Positions 1-10,167 of a stretch of DNA of 62,019 bases are shown in pieces; within the stretch, counting starts at the first letter, position 1, and every line of letters starts with the position of its first letter. Source of the DNA: an uncultured virus (IMG/VR IMGVR_UViG_3300009285_001861). Lineage: Duplodnaviria > Heunggongvirae > Uroviricota > Caudoviricetes. A program made the translations under genes and the position numbers. The stretch lies in IMG/VR virus record IMGVR_UViG_3300009285_001861; one strand, written 5' to 3'. The notes under the pieces are model-generated. The model was not told the DNA's origin. It ran no database searches and saw only the letters and a list, made by a program, of their open reading frames with translations.

Positions 1-404
1 CACTTCACGTGTTCCCACTTCATCCAACTGGAAGAGGTGTTAATGTCCTCCTGAAGCATTTTGGCAGCGGAAGCATATCCTGTCCCATGCTTATCGATTT
101 CCGTCCCAAGGGACTCTACGGTGTCAGTTTCCCAGGAAGCCCGCGTTTCCGCTGTGACTTCCGTTGTAACTTCCAGGGTGCCCTCGACTGGGACGCACTC
201 CTCATCGAAGCCGTCGAAGCTGAAGTCTTCGTGGTACAGGATGGCCTCCGCCGCACCACAGATACTCCCCTCGAAGCCCCCGGTCTCCTTGATGACAACG
301 GAGTTCGGATGCTCCGTCGTGTCAAAGTGGACCTCAAACGCCCCATCTGATTCGTCAAACTGGACCTTGAGGACATCACCTGGACTGAGCACAATTGTTG
401 GCAT
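1..404 (-). CDS. Partial hypothetical protein (runs off left edge) carrying the 'DTVESL.xE' repeat of the giant-protein family
   Basis: Own translation from ATG 404: MPTIVLSPGDVLKVQF...ETDTVESLGTEIDKHGTGYASAAKMLQEDIN...; AGGAG upstream; absent from the ORF track because there is no stop in the window. Confidence 0.75.
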   Translation of the reverse strand, partial: MPTIVLSPGDVLKVQFDESDGAFEVHFDTTEHPNSVVIKETGGFEGSICGAAEAILYHEDFSFDGFDEECVPVEGTLEVTTEVTAETRASWETDTVESLGTEIDKHGTGYASAAKMLQEDINTSSSWMKWEHVK

Positions 405-436
405 GTTCAATATTCTCCTGTGTACCTTGGTTACGC

Positions 437-757
437 TTACTTGACCCTCATTGCCTTCTCGATCAACACGTCACCGTAGCCTGCTACGGCCAGGGCATCC
501 GACTCATCCCAGGGCAGCTCATAGTACACGGCTTTGCACTGTTTGCAACCGCGACGCATCCTAGCCCGGTGTGGTACAATGCCCCACAAGCGTTTCCACC
601 AAGACGGTTCGTAAGCCGGTTCATAGGTATCAGACGGCCCCTGTGGAACCATCTTCCCCATGCTCAACATCATCGTCGGATCAGCGGTGTAGGTGCCACA
701 CTTCCGGCACGGCATCGAGGGTGACCTGTACGGGGGCAGTGGCTCTTTTGTGTTCAT
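437..757 (-). CDS. Hypothetical Zn-ribbon protein
   Basis: Two CxxC pairs (CRKC, CKQC); start overlaps upstream stop. Confidence 0.6.
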   Translation of the reverse strand: MNTKEPLPPYRSPSMPCRKCGTYTADPTMMLSMGKMVPQGPSDTYEPAYEPSWWKRLWGIVPHRARMRRGCKQCKAVYYELPWDESDALAVAGYGDVLIEKAMRVK

Positions 758-1746
758 CGAGTTGGACCTTTCATAAGTAACTCGTCCATCTGGATCAAGA
801 CCTGCCCATCCTTGAGCCCTTCCACCCAGCCAGTAGGGATAGCCTCCAGGCCCAGATAGGTGCCCAACAGGGCGCCTGTGATGGCTGCCCGGGTGTCCGT
901 GTCCCCCCCACCCCTCACGGCCATCCTAACCCCCTCAGCGAAGTCATCTTCGTGGGCCATGGCGCAGTAGACCGCTGAAACCACTGTCTGGGCAGCGTTA
1001 CCCCGTCGACCCAGAAGGCCGATGGCTTCTGGGGTGGGGGTGTTGAGGTCGAAGAGATCAAAAGCCATTCGGAGTAGCTTGGTGACATTGGTTGAATCGG
1101 GGCCCCCGAAACTCCGGCTATCTAGGATGGCCAGTACCTCTTGAAGTGTTCCCGCCACAGTCCACCTGTGGGATGAAAGCCCAGCTACCAGCATGGCGAT
1201 CACCGAACTTGCTGTGATTGCTTCGATGTGGTCATGGGTGATCGTGGCGTCCAATCGGGCCACATGGTGCATCACCAGCGGGTTTTCGTTACGGTAGAAG
1301 AGCCCAAGGGGGGCTACCCGCATGGCAGTGCCATTGCCCACAGCGTTGGGGTTGTCGAAGGTCTTGCCTGACCGGTCCCAAGGGACACCATCCCGCACTG
1401 CCCGGAGGGCATCGCGTGTGGATCCTCCCATCCCACATGGTTCCCCTTGGGCCCATATGAGGTAGCCATTTGCGGCATCCACTGGGTCATACTTGCCACA
1501 AGCCATGAGGGATTTGGCCAGTGCCATGGCCATCCCGGTGTCATCTGTCCAGCACCCTGCTGGGAGACTGGGCATGGGGACCTTACCATCGAGGGTGTGT
1601 GTTAGCCGGTCCGGCCAGGACCCAGCCACATAGTTGCCGTCCCAGGTGGCGAGACGGGGGTCCACTCTGTCGCTGAAGTGCTCGAAGGGCATCCCCAAAG
1701 CATCCCCTACCGCGAGTCCGACCATTGTTGCTGGTGCTGATTTCAT
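754..1746 (-). CDS. ADP-ribosylglycohydrolase (DraG/ARH family)
   Basis: Motifs GLAVGDALG, WTDDT, GNGTAMRVAP, GGDTDT; likely start MKSAPA at 1746 coupled to the HNH stop. Confidence 0.93.
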   Translation of the reverse strand: MKSAPATMVGLAVGDALGMPFEHFSDRVDPRLATWDGNYVAGSWPDRLTHTLDGKVPMPSLPAGCWTDDTGMAMALAKSLMACGKYDPVDAANGYLIWAQGEPCGMGGSTRDALRAVRDGVPWDRSGKTFDNPNAVGNGTAMRVAPLGLFYRNENPLVMHHVARLDATITHDHIEAITASSVIAMLVAGLSSHRWTVAGTLQEVLAILDSRSFGGPDSTNVTKLLRMAFDLFDLNTPTPEAIGLLGRRGNAAQTVVSAVYCAMAHEDDFAEGVRMAVRGGGDTDTRAAITGALLGTYLGLEAIPTGWVEGLKDGQVLIQMDELLMKGPTR

Positions 1747-2573
1747 GTTGCCAAGTCCCTCCCCATTCCCCAGAAAATACCAGCGTCCACTGGGAGTCTT
1801 CCGCTGGCACTCAATCGTTCCCACATCCTGGCAACCATTGCCCGTCCTCGCGTCTTCCCTACCCCACGTCCCCGTTCCAGCACAACCCACCATTGGGCAA
1901 GTGGCATGGCGCCCTTCTTCTTGTTGCAGGAGTGGCACAGGACCATGAAATTCGAGGGGTCATTAGGCCCGCTTTGGCAGCTGGGCACAATGTGGTCAAT
2001 GGTCAGATCGGAGGGTCTTGTGGGAGACTGTTCCCCGGTTCTTCCACATGCCTCACACTTGTGCCCCGCACGCCGGACAATGGCTTGCTTTGACCAGCTC
2101 TTCCGTATCCCAACACCTTCTCGATAGGGTTTGTACCCCCAGGCTCGCACCACATCGAGGTACCTTGAATCCTCCATGGAGATGACATAGGGGGCAAATC
2201 CCGTTATGTCATAAACAAAGCGAAGGGGGTCCTCTCCAATCGTCTCCCGGGTGATGGTTGGGTCCAAGTATTGGTGCTCTCGAATCACATGGACAGCATT
2301 AACGATGATCTCACGCCGATAGGGCACCCACGGCTCCGCATACAGACCCCGTAGGTTCCCGTAAAAGGGGTAGTTGCCCTCTTTGGCCACCCACTGCCCC
2401 ATGTTGCGCACGATCCGCTTGGCCTCAACATGCTCGGGGGGCAGCTGATCCGCTGCAACGCGGGCAAGTCGGACCAGGGTGGCGATCTTGTCAATGGTCT
2501 CTGGTAGGTCAATCATCGGAGCTGCCCCAGGATACGGTACTCCCGCATATCCCGCATAGTTGTACCTCATCAT
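1743..2573 (-). CDS. HNH endonuclease domain protein
   Basis: CEAC...TIDHIVPSCQSGPNDPSNFMVLCHSCNKKK; first gene after promoter at 2604-2630. Confidence 0.88.
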   Translation of the reverse strand: MMRYNYAGYAGVPYPGAAPMIDLPETIDKIATLVRLARVAADQLPPEHVEAKRIVRNMGQWVAKEGNYPFYGNLRGLYAEPWVPYRREIIVNAVHVIREHQYLDPTITRETIGEDPLRFVYDITGFAPYVISMEDSRYLDVVRAWGYKPYREGVGIRKSWSKQAIVRRAGHKCEACGRTGEQSPTRPSDLTIDHIVPSCQSGPNDPSNFMVLCHSCNKKKGAMPLAQWWVVLERGRGVGKTRGRAMVARMWERLSASGRLPVDAGIFWGMGRDLAT

Positions 2574-2600
2574 ATCTTCTTACCCTTGGACCTCCTCTTA

Positions 2601-2638
2601 CCCTTATCGGTACGGGGGGAGAGGTTTTTAGAGAAATC
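2601..2638 (-). promoter_or_regulatory. Sigma28-like phage promoter, copy 1
   Basis: GATTTCTC-TAAA-N15-ACCGATAA-GGG. Confidence 0.8.
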
Positions 2639-3081
2639 ATACATGACCATATGTGACACCACATGGGATGTAACCATCTCCTTGGGTAACGTATAGGATG
2701 ACAGAATGGAGTGAGAAAACGGTAACCCTCGCTGGGGGTCTCAATGACCAGCTTGTCTGCCAGGGTCTCAGCTTCGGTGGCCCGCACCGAGTAGAACTCA
2801 TGGGCACCATAACAGGTCCCAAAGGTATTCCCAGTCGTGTAGCGGACCGTCACCAAGTAGACGTGCTGGAGACCGAATACCTTCTCGTCCTCTACCTCAA
2901 GGCTGTCCGTGAACATGATGTCAGGCTTGGACTTGTAGAGGTGAAGGACATGCAGGGTGGTGTGGATAGGCTCATGGGAAGACCACCTGTCGTTGGGGTC
3001 AAGGACTTCCCCACCTGACTCCGTGGTGTCATACTCAATGTAGACACGCGGCTTCTCTGGCTCATTGTTGTGTCGCATCAC
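2637..3081 (-). CDS. Hypothetical protein; 3' end uncertain (possible frameshift near 2718)
   Basis: Track ORF 2509..3081 runs through promoter copy 1; the alternative frame stops at 2637 just before the promoter. Confidence 0.45.
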
Positions 3082-3446
3082 GCCACCTCAGGTTCCCGCT
3101 TGTATCCATCAGAATCCCGATCAATCAACACGGATTGGTCTTCCAGGAAGTTGAGGAAGATCACAACCTCACTCCCCCCGTCCTGCCAATATTCCCCGGC
3201 AAGGGAGAACCCAAACCCACGGAAAAAGTGCTCCTGTCGAAACACGATGAGGGGATTGTCGTCATCCTCACGAACAATGAACCCATGCCTCCGGCCTTCA
3301 TCCTTATAGGCCCATGGCTTCGTCACTAGATATACGGTCCTCCCATAGAAGGGGAATGGGGCAGACCTCTTCTGGCCAAATCTACTGATCTTGTTACCAA
3401 GAGTGAAGAGGGCCAAATCAAACAGGACTCGACAGGACTTCAGCAT
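3078..3446 (-). CDS. Hypothetical protein
   Basis: Coupled ORF in minus-strand gene chain. Confidence 0.55.
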   Translation of the reverse strand: MLKSCRVLFDLALFTLGNKISRFGQKRSAPFPFYGRTVYLVTKPWAYKDEGRRHGFIVREDDDNPLIVFRQEHFFRGFGFSLAGEYWQDGGSEVVIFLNFLEDQSVLIDRDSDGYKREPEVA

Positions 3447-3447
3447 A

Positions 3448-3759
3448 TTAGGGTCTCTGTTGCAGGTGAATGGCAATGGCCAGGGACAGGGCTAGATTCA
3501 CCCGGCTAGTGGCATCCCCCAATTCCTTGTGGGCCTTGTCCAATCGCCCCATTAGGTCTTCCAGTTCGGGTGGTCGCTCCAGGGCATCCTCTGACGCCTG
3601 GAGAATAGGTGGCATCAACAGGAGAAGATCCTTGAGTCGCTGTGCGGCATCTCCCACTTCCTGGAAGACGCTCATTTTCTGGCACTTCCCCAAAAGGGCA
3701 TCACAGCGGATTAGCTGCAAATCCATGTACTCCTGCACCTTCTGAAGTTTGGTTTTCAT
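3448..3759 (-). CDS. Hypothetical helical protein
   Basis: ATGA-coupled to Thg1 stop. Confidence 0.6.
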   Translation of the reverse strand: MKTKLQKVQEYMDLQLIRCDALLGKCQKMSVFQEVGDAAQRLKDLLLLMPPILQASEDALERPPELEDLMGRLDKAHKELGDATSRVNLALSLAIAIHLQQRP

Positions 3760-4604
3760 GGCATTGGCCCCATCATGGTGTTAAACTCCTCCTCGGTGTA
3801 TGCGGTCCCCCCAAAGAAAAGAGCCTTCACCCGATTGGCAACGGTGGCCAGGGGTGGGTAGACAATGGGCTCGATCTTGGACCTAGTGACAGAGAGGCCG
3901 GGGTTCTTCCTGGCATTGTGACCGGGGGGCAGGGCCTCCAAGTCCTCAGCCGTGAACGGTGCAGTCGTGGTGGTACGTCGAATGAACGTCCCCCGCTTGC
4001 ACTGGGGGGGATACTTGTCCCAGTCAATGCCCCTCTGGAGGAGCATCTGCTTCTGCTCCAGCCCGTTCAGGCCATGAAGCTCCTTGTGGGAGCACACCGC
4101 TTGAGCGGCCATGGAGACGGAGTTCTTGGTGGCATCCCACTCCCGCCACATGATGCAGTTAGCTGCCTCTTCGAGGTCGGGCACATTCCAAACCCGACAA
4201 TCGAACGTGGGCGCCCGACCGACCTTCTTGTTAGGAAGGTACTTGGGCATCAAGAGATTGAAGTGCACACTCGCAAACGCCGCCAGCGAGGATGTGATCT
4301 TCTGGATACGCCCATCGAAGTACAGCTGGCTCTCGAAGGAGTCAGAGTACAGGACCAGACTGATCTCGTCTGACTGCGTGTAGCCAATACGCGCATTGGA
4401 CTCCTTGACCAGAAGCTCCGTGACGTTCTGCATGAGTCCCATGAGACCTGGGTCAAAAGGGCGAATGAGTCCTTTCGTGAAGGTGTGAAAACTCCGACCA
4501 TCCAGTCGGATCATCGCAGGAAGTCCGGGCATAAGGCGCCGCTGTGCCTCCACGCCCTCGTAGACCTTCATTCTTGTGCCAAGGACATCTTTGATATCAC
4601 TCAT
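3756..4604 (-). CDS. thg1: tRNA(His) guanylyltransferase Thg1-like protein (3'-5' polymerase)
   Basis: RMKVYE, IRLDGRSFHTFT, GYTQSDEISL, FDGRIQK, FDCRV, WREWDATKNS. Confidence 0.95.
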   Translation of the reverse strand: MSDIKDVLGTRMKVYEGVEAQRRLMPGLPAMIRLDGRSFHTFTKGLIRPFDPGLMGLMQNVTELLVKESNARIGYTQSDEISLVLYSDSFESQLYFDGRIQKITSSLAAFASVHFNLLMPKYLPNKKVGRAPTFDCRVWNVPDLEEAANCIMWREWDATKNSVSMAAQAVCSHKELHGLNGLEQKQMLLQRGIDWDKYPPQCKRGTFIRRTTTTAPFTAEDLEALPPGHNARKNPGLSVTRSKIEPIVYPPLATVANRVKALFFGGTAYTEEEFNTMMGPMP

Positions 4605-4917
4605 TGAAATCCTCAAATAGGCTGTGTACATACGCCTTGGGATAATCAATGTGGTTTAGGGACCACCGGGTCAACATCCGCATGGCAGCAGCTACCCCGT
4701 CAGTCCACGCCTGGACCTCCGCCTGGGTAAGGGCAGCAAATGTAACTATTCTCGCCTGGACTTTGGTGCCAAGTATTGTAACCTCAAAATTCCCCTTCAC
4801 ATCCCACCAACTCTGAAGCTCTGAGTCCCAGGTCATGTGGAGAGGGAGTGCTGAATAGAGGCCCGACAGGTTCACCCCATTGGCGTAGATATACTTTGGA
4901 TGCTTGCGCTTTTTCAT
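4597..4917 (-). CDS. Hypothetical protein
   Basis: Coupled ORF in gene chain. Confidence 0.55.
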   Translation of the reverse strand: MKKRKHPKYIYANGVNLSGLYSALPLHMTWDSELQSWWDVKGNFEVTILGTKVQARIVTFAALTQAEVQAWTDGVAAAMRMLTRWSLNHIDYPKAYVHSLFEDFNE

Positions 4918-5114
4918 GTAGCCACCATGGGAACGGGACGGGCAATCTTCACGACTTGAACATTGGCCCCATTGAAGGTCTTGGGAATTGACCCAACTGT
5001 GGTTCCACGTTGGACGTATACGAAGTAGACGTCCCCATACTCATCCTTCCCTATACCAATGCTGGCACCTATTGGAAGCAATGCCTTCAGGGCCTGGATA
5101 GCCTCCCGGGTCAT
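4914..5114 (-). CDS. Hypothetical small protein
   Basis: ATGA-coupled at both ends. Confidence 0.55.
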   Translation of the reverse strand: MTREAIQALKALLPIGASIGIGKDEYGDVYFVYVQRGTTVGSIPKTFNGANVQVVKIARPVPMVAT

Positions 5115-5587
5115 GCTTCTCTTACACTCCCAAGGGCATCCCTGAGCAACTGAAGTACGAATTTGTTGGGGACAATGTGTGGATTCAACTCATCGAACTC
5201 CGCCACGTCCAGGCCAAGCAGGTCCTTGGTGAACTCTGCCACCGCCCCCGACCGAGCAACCCCACCCAAGCAGTTGACCAGCAACAGGTCTCGCCTGTAG
5301 GCGGCATCCTCATGGGCCTTGAGAATGAATCTCACGATCAGCTCGGCCTGTTCAGGTTGGAACAGGGCTTTGGCTGGCAGGAAATCGGTGTCGTCCAGGT
5401 CCAGGTCATCGAATTGGAGTACTAGGGTATCAGCGGAGGGCTCGAAGATGGGCTTCTTCCCAACGTCCGTGATCGAAATGATCCAGACCTTCCCGTGGGA
5501 ACGGGTCAGCACGCCAAGCTCGAACTGGTTTCCGTCCGCCCACTTCAACATGTGGGCTTCGGGGACTGCTGCGACATGAGAGATCAA
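5111..5587 (-). CDS. Predicted Cys-dependent (CX5R) protein-tyrosine-phosphatase-like protein
   Basis: WIISIT, LQFDD, LLVNCLGGVARSGAV; paralog of 33262..33768. Confidence 0.8.
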   Translation of the reverse strand: MISHVAAVPEAHMLKWADGNQFELGVLTRSHGKVWIISITDVGKKPIFEPSADTLVLQFDDLDLDDTDFLPAKALFQPEQAELIVRFILKAHEDAAYRRDLLLVNCLGGVARSGAVAEFTKDLLGLDVAEFDELNPHIVPNKFVLQLLRDALGSVREA

Positions 5588-5650
5588 GATTTCTCCCTGA
5601 GAAGCTTCGCCTTTTGGGCATGCGCCTTCATGCCTGAAGTTACGCCCAAG

Positions 5651-6010
5651 CTACTTCTTGGGGACTGGCAAACCAATTCCCGAGCTGAATTCAGCGTAGG
5701 GGTCCTTGGGGGCCGATGTGGGCGGGTTTGGCTCAATAGTCTGGATAGTCTGGTATCGATTAAGCATGTAGACCTGCAAGATCTTGTTGGAAATGGCCCG
5801 GCGATTCGACGAGGTAAACAGGGCCACGAGATGGGCCACCTCGGCTTCCGACTCATCGTCTGAGCCAAAGTATCGTCGGATTGCATTGCGACGTTCGAGG
5901 ACAGAGGCGAGTATGGCCCCGAGTTCTGTTTGAAGATGGCCAATCTCCTCTACGGGGCCATTGACCGCAGCCAATTCTTGAGACTCGGACAGTTTTGGGT
6001 TCTTGGCCAT
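5651..6010 (-). CDS. Hypothetical protein
   Basis: GAGGG RBS, ATG at 6010. Confidence 0.55.
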   Translation of the reverse strand: MAKNPKLSESQELAAVNGPVEEIGHLQTELGAILASVLERRNAIRRYFGSDDESEAEVAHLVALFTSSNRRAISNKILQVYMLNRYQTIQTIEPNPPTSAPKDPYAEFSSGIGLPVPKK

Positions 6011-6151
6011 GGTGCCCTCAAAGGGATCCAAGTAAAGGCCCGCTAGCGCCGGGCTAGGATTTCTTTGGACAATCCCTCACAGACGCAATGTGGGCAATCG
6101 CTAGCTGGCGCTTAGCAGATTCCCGCCCCTTTGGCCACAGCTCAATGCGGA

Positions 6152-7066
6152 TTACGAGCATGAGAGAGCCTCAAAGGTGGCCACGGCCCGCCCCAGGGCC
6201 TTCCCTTCTTTGCACAGGTCGTCACAGAGCAGGAAGGACCGGTATCCAATTGACCGGAGCAATCCAATCTCACAGATGTCACTGCATGAGGGAACCGTGT
6301 TATTGAACAAGGACAGCATCATCCTGGACCCCACAAGAGCATCCCGGTCCATTGCTATGATTAGTCGCTGGGCAGCCAGGATATCATGGGGGTGATCAAC
6401 TTCCACATACAGGTCTCCACGGGCTGCCATCAATCGGACATTGGGTTGCTTGCAGAAGTCTCTCTGTACAAACTGCAACCCCTTCTTGGACTCTATCTTC
6501 AGGATGATCTCGGAGTCCTTGCCCACCAGCTCTTGGAACTCTTCCAGGTCTCGCTGTTGTTCCACATAGGAGAGGTAGAACTTCCTGTGCCCCATCTTGT
6601 AGGCAGCTTGGATCTTCTCCACCTCATCATTCGTAAAGAGCTTGGAATCCCGGATGGTCAGATGCTCATCTCGGAAGTGGATGGAGTCCCCGGCCTTGAC
6701 TCGGTACTTGGGGAATCCATCTGCCTTCATGTGGAGCCGGTTGCCCTCTGTGATCCTCTCCACAGTGGCCCAGTCCTCACCTGCCTTGAAGATGATTGGG
6801 TGGGGCAGTGGCAGGTCAATTCGGTGGTTCAGGACCAGTTCAAGGTGATCCGCATGGGAGATAGACTCCTCCACCCGAAGCTGGCGCCCCTTGGCGTCAA
6901 ACCACAGAGGGACTGTAGCTGAAGCGGGGATGGACGCCACCTCGGCCTTCAAGTCACAGGCCCGGAAGAACAAACCATTCATTCTTATCCCTTTGAGGAA
7001 AGGGTGACTCGCAAATTCAGCGAAGTGTGGATCACTGGGAACAGCCGTGATGTGCAAATTCAACAT
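6152..7066 (-). CDS. Pyruvate-kinase-like barrel protein (no C-terminal regulatory domain)
   Basis: IRMN, DAKGRQLR, LKIESKKG, MAARGDLYVE, SRMMLSL...PSCSD. Confidence 0.8.
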   Translation of the reverse strand: MLNLHITAVPSDPHFAEFASHPFLKGIRMNGLFFRACDLKAEVASIPASATVPLWFDAKGRQLRVEESISHADHLELVLNHRIDLPLPHPIIFKAGEDWATVERITEGNRLHMKADGFPKYRVKAGDSIHFRDEHLTIRDSKLFTNDEVEKIQAAYKMGHRKFYLSYVEQQRDLEEFQELVGKDSEIILKIESKKGLQFVQRDFCKQPNVRLMAARGDLYVEVDHPHDILAAQRLIIAMDRDALVGSRMMLSLFNNTVPSCSDICEIGLLRSIGYRSFLLCDDLCKEGKALGRAVATFEALSCS

Positions 7067-7083
7067 GAGTCCTCAATTAAGCC

Positions 7084-8046
7084 TTAGAGAAGGGGCTTGG
7101 AAGGCTTCCCCGCTGGCAGCTTGTGGAATGTGCTCTTCCCCGAGCCTGCCACCTTGGGGGCGTTCTGGTACAACCCGTTGAGGGAGGTAAGGACCTTGCG
7201 AGACTGGTCGGCGGTCTGCCGGTCAGTCAACTCCTTGGTGAACACATCGGCCTTACCTGAAGTCCAGGCAAGGATTCCAAACAACACATCCACCACCCGC
7301 TCAGGCTGATCCAGAGGGATCAGATGCTCCGGGGGGAGGAGCTTGGTCCAATCGCGCTTGACCCGTGCTGTGGTAGGTGAGTTGACATCATCATGCCCAT
7401 ATGGCTTGTGGATCAGGTAGACATCGTAGACATTATTCAGCTCCGCGAACAGAGTCTCCGTGGACTGGTTCTCGATGGTGACCCCGAATGGGGCCAGATG
7501 GGAAGCACGCACCTTGTCATAGGGGCTCTCGTCCCCAATGAATACCAGGACCGGCTTCTGGTCCCTAGCCACCCTGATACCCGCGAGGAAGAAGGCAGCG
7601 GCTACCTCATAGCTTTCGCAGGTCTGGCCTCCGCCACCCCCCTCAATGACAAGGGATGTCAGGGATTCTTTGGTCTTGTCGAAGGTGGCCTCTGGTGGAT
7701 AGACCTGGAGTGGGTACTTGTCCCCGTCCACATCCCCCACGGCTGAGACCAGGAACTTGGCATCCGCTCCAAGGTATGACTTGAGCTCGTGAAGCAAGTA
7801 TGGCAGCTTCGAGAACATCACCGCGGGCCAAGTCCCCATCGAGCCGGTGACATCGCACACAACGGCCAGGGTGGGCGTGTCAATGCTGATCTCGGTCTTT
7901 GGTACCAGATCCCTGGCTGTGACGCCAGCGGCTACGGCCTTACCATAGCTGCGGTCTACCACCGAGGAGGTATATGCCGCTCTGGCATCCTTGAAGTCAT
8001 GGCTGGGGACCCAGTTGGTGGACGTGTAATCGGCTGACTCAGACAT
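7084..8046 (-). CDS. von Willebrand factor A domain protein
   Basis: MIDAS-like DVTGSMG, EGGGGGQTCESYE, FIGDE. Confidence 0.85.
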   Translation of the reverse strand: MSESADYTSTNWVPSHDFKDARAAYTSSVVDRSYGKAVAAGVTARDLVPKTEISIDTPTLAVVCDVTGSMGTWPAVMFSKLPYLLHELKSYLGADAKFLVSAVGDVDGDKYPLQVYPPEATFDKTKESLTSLVIEGGGGGQTCESYEVAAAFFLAGIRVARDQKPVLVFIGDESPYDKVRASHLAPFGVTIENQSTETLFAELNNVYDVYLIHKPYGHDDVNSPTTARVKRDWTKLLPPEHLIPLDQPERVVDVLFGILAWTSGKADVFTKELTDRQTADQSRKVLTSLNGLYQNAPKVAGSGKSTFHKLPAGKPSKPLL

Positions 8047-8080
8047 TGGTGTGCTCCTTAACTGTAGATACTAGACGCAA

Positions 8081-9109
8081 CTAAAACGTGTCGTAGGGGA
8101 CCTTGGGGAAGATTTTACCCCGGGTGTTTCGGGTGCCAAAACACTTGATTCTCAGGTCATGGATCTCCTTCAAGATGTCCATGCTCTGCCAGTTGGGGCG
8201 ATCGGTAATATTGGGGGCCGTCATCATCCGCAGGAACTCGCGGATCCCGACCGGTACATCCGAGGAGCGAAGGGACTCATCCCGCTTGGACATTTTCCCG
8301 GTAAAGGCATAGAGCATTGTCATCCCCAGAGAGTACAAATCCGTCTCGGGAATCAGGGGTTTACGGTCTGCCTCCAATTGCTCAGGGGGAGAGAAGTGAT
8401 TGGTGAACCCAATGTTGTGGTCCATCGAGGTTGGCTTGACCATAGACAGCCCAAAGTCAATCATGACCGCCCCGTGGCTTTCCGGCTGGAGGATCACATT
8501 CTGGGGTTTGATGTCCCCATGGACTACCCCATTGGCATGAAGGTAGCTTAGCCCTGCCATCAATCGCTCGAAGATCCACCCACAGTGCTCGGGGTCAATC
8601 TTTCCCAGGTGCTTGACCGCTTGGTCGAGTGTGGGCCCGGGAACGTAGGACATGATGATTGCCACGGCCCCATCATCGAGCTTTAGGACCTCGCGGATGG
8701 CCGGGAATGCGTAGTGCCTGATGTCCCACACGGCACCTGCCTCATTGAGCATGACGGATTCATACTCGGGCCCCACACCCAGGCAACACTTCACACACAC
8801 CAACTTCTGAGTCAGCTGGTGACGGGCCACATAGGTCCGACCCATTGCCCCCTCAGCCAGGAACTTGAGGATCTCATAGGACCCAATGATCGTCTTCCCC
8901 GTGGGGACCGCCCTGCCTGCCTCCCGGTCATACTTGGCCCGCTTTTTCACGTCGCCAAGAATGTCATGGGCTGCCCCGATCTCCGTGAAGAGCTTCTGGG
9001 ACCCACCATGGTCAGGGTGGTGCTTGTTGGCCAATGCCTTGTAAGCGGCATTGATGACCTCAACCGAGGCCCTTGAGTCAACATTCAAAATGCGGTACAA
9101 GTCGGTCAT
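8081..9109 (-). CDS. DnaJ-domain / Hanks-type Ser/Thr protein kinase fusion
   Basis: DLYRIL...HHPD...RAKYD J-domain; AEGAMG, HGDIKPQN, IDFG, PPE, DLYSLG kinase motifs. Confidence 0.93.
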   Translation of the reverse strand: MTDLYRILNVDSRASVEVINAAYKALANKHHPDHGGSQKLFTEIGAAHDILGDVKKRAKYDREAGRAVPTGKTIIGSYEILKFLAEGAMGRTYVARHQLTQKLVCVKCCLGVGPEYESVMLNEAGAVWDIRHYAFPAIREVLKLDDGAVAIIMSYVPGPTLDQAVKHLGKIDPEHCGWIFERLMAGLSYLHANGVVHGDIKPQNVILQPESHGAVMIDFGLSMVKPTSMDHNIGFTNHFSPPEQLEADRKPLIPETDLYSLGMTMLYAFTGKMSKRDESLRSSDVPVGIREFLRMMTAPNITDRPNWQSMDILKEIHDLRIKCFGTRNTRGKIFPKVPYDTF

Positions 9110-9145
9110 GTTCAATAGGCCCTTTTGAGCTTTTCAATTCGAGGG

Positions 9146-9460
9146 CTAGGCCAAACAATCCGTTGTGGCACCAGCTTCACGCCACCTCTTCCGGGCCTGC
9201 CTGACAAAGGCCACGATCTTCTTGACCAGTGCCTTGTCGGCTCCCCAATCCTGAGATTCCCACACTTCCCTGGCATCCTTGAAGGTGGTAAGCTCGATAC
9301 TGTATTGGATTTCCTTGGCCATTGCCTTGGGGGTGGTGAGAGCCCCTCCCCCGTCCAGGTAAGAGAAATCCAGCAGGCTCTCCCCCGCTTGGAGGGCCTG
9401 CTCGCTGGCCTCATAGGCCAATGACTTGATGGTGATGGGTTTCTTGGATGTATTGCTCAT
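9146..9460 (-). CDS. Hypothetical protein
   Basis: AGGA RBS; ITIKSLAYEA loosely resembles the family repeat. Confidence 0.55.
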   Translation of the reverse strand: MSNTSKKPITIKSLAYEASEQALQAGESLLDFSYLDGGGALTTPKAMAKEIQYSIELTTFKDAREVWESQDWGADKALVKKIVAFVRQARKRWREAGATTDCLA

Positions 9461-9477
9461 GTTCCTACTTACGCCTT

Positions 9478-10167
9478 TTAGTCTGAATCTGTCAGGTTGA
9501 TGCCATCCAGCTGGGCCTTGATTGCATTGAGAACTCGTTCCATCTTGGCAGCCTTGGTCTCGCTTGCAGCCAACTGTTCGCGCAACTGCCGATTCTTGGC
9601 ACGGAGCGACACAAGTTCCCTCTGGTCCAAATCGGCCAGGACCGGGTCAGTGGTTGGGGTCTCGTCCTCACTGTCCCCCTCATGGGTGCAATGTCCAATA
9701 AGGCAGTCCTCGAACCTGACCAGCTTCTGAGGGGTTGGTGGAGGATCGTGGTTGACGTTGCAGCTCTCCAGCAACTTGACCAGCTCCACGCAATCCGCCT
9801 TGTAGATGAAGGCCATCCCGGATGCCTCCACATCGACTGCTTCCAGCACCTGCTTGAGGGCTAGCGCGTGGAAAAAGGCATTGTCCCCGCGGATGAAGAT
9901 GCCGGGCCAATCCTGACCAAACTGCATGGTGCCCGTCTCGGGTCGATTGACCCCCACGCTAAGCTGCACAGACAGTGTTTTCCCCATAGCCCGTTCCCGG
10001 GCCACCAGGGCCGCAAGACGACTCGTAAGCTCCGGGGGAAGCCCATACTCCTTCAGGACCCCCGTGGCAATGTCCTGACGTATCCACAGCTCACATTGGA
10101 GTGCGGTTTCCGAAGGCATGGCCTTGGCCATCGCCTGAACGAGGTCCTCAATTGTGTCTGGTCTCAT
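9478..10167 (-). CDS. Hypothetical protein with C-terminal coiled coil
   Basis: Coupled ORF, heptad pattern at C-terminus. Confidence 0.6.
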   Translation of the reverse strand: MRPDTIEDLVQAMAKAMPSETALQCELWIRQDIATGVLKEYGLPPELTSRLAALVARERAMGKTLSVQLSVGVNRPETGTMQFGQDWPGIFIRGDNAFFHALALKQVLEAVDVEASGMAFIYKADCVELVKLLESCNVNHDPPPTPQKLVRFEDCLIGHCTHEGDSEDETPTTDPVLADLDQRELVSLRAKNRQLREQLAASETKAAKMERVLNAIKAQLDGINLTDSD

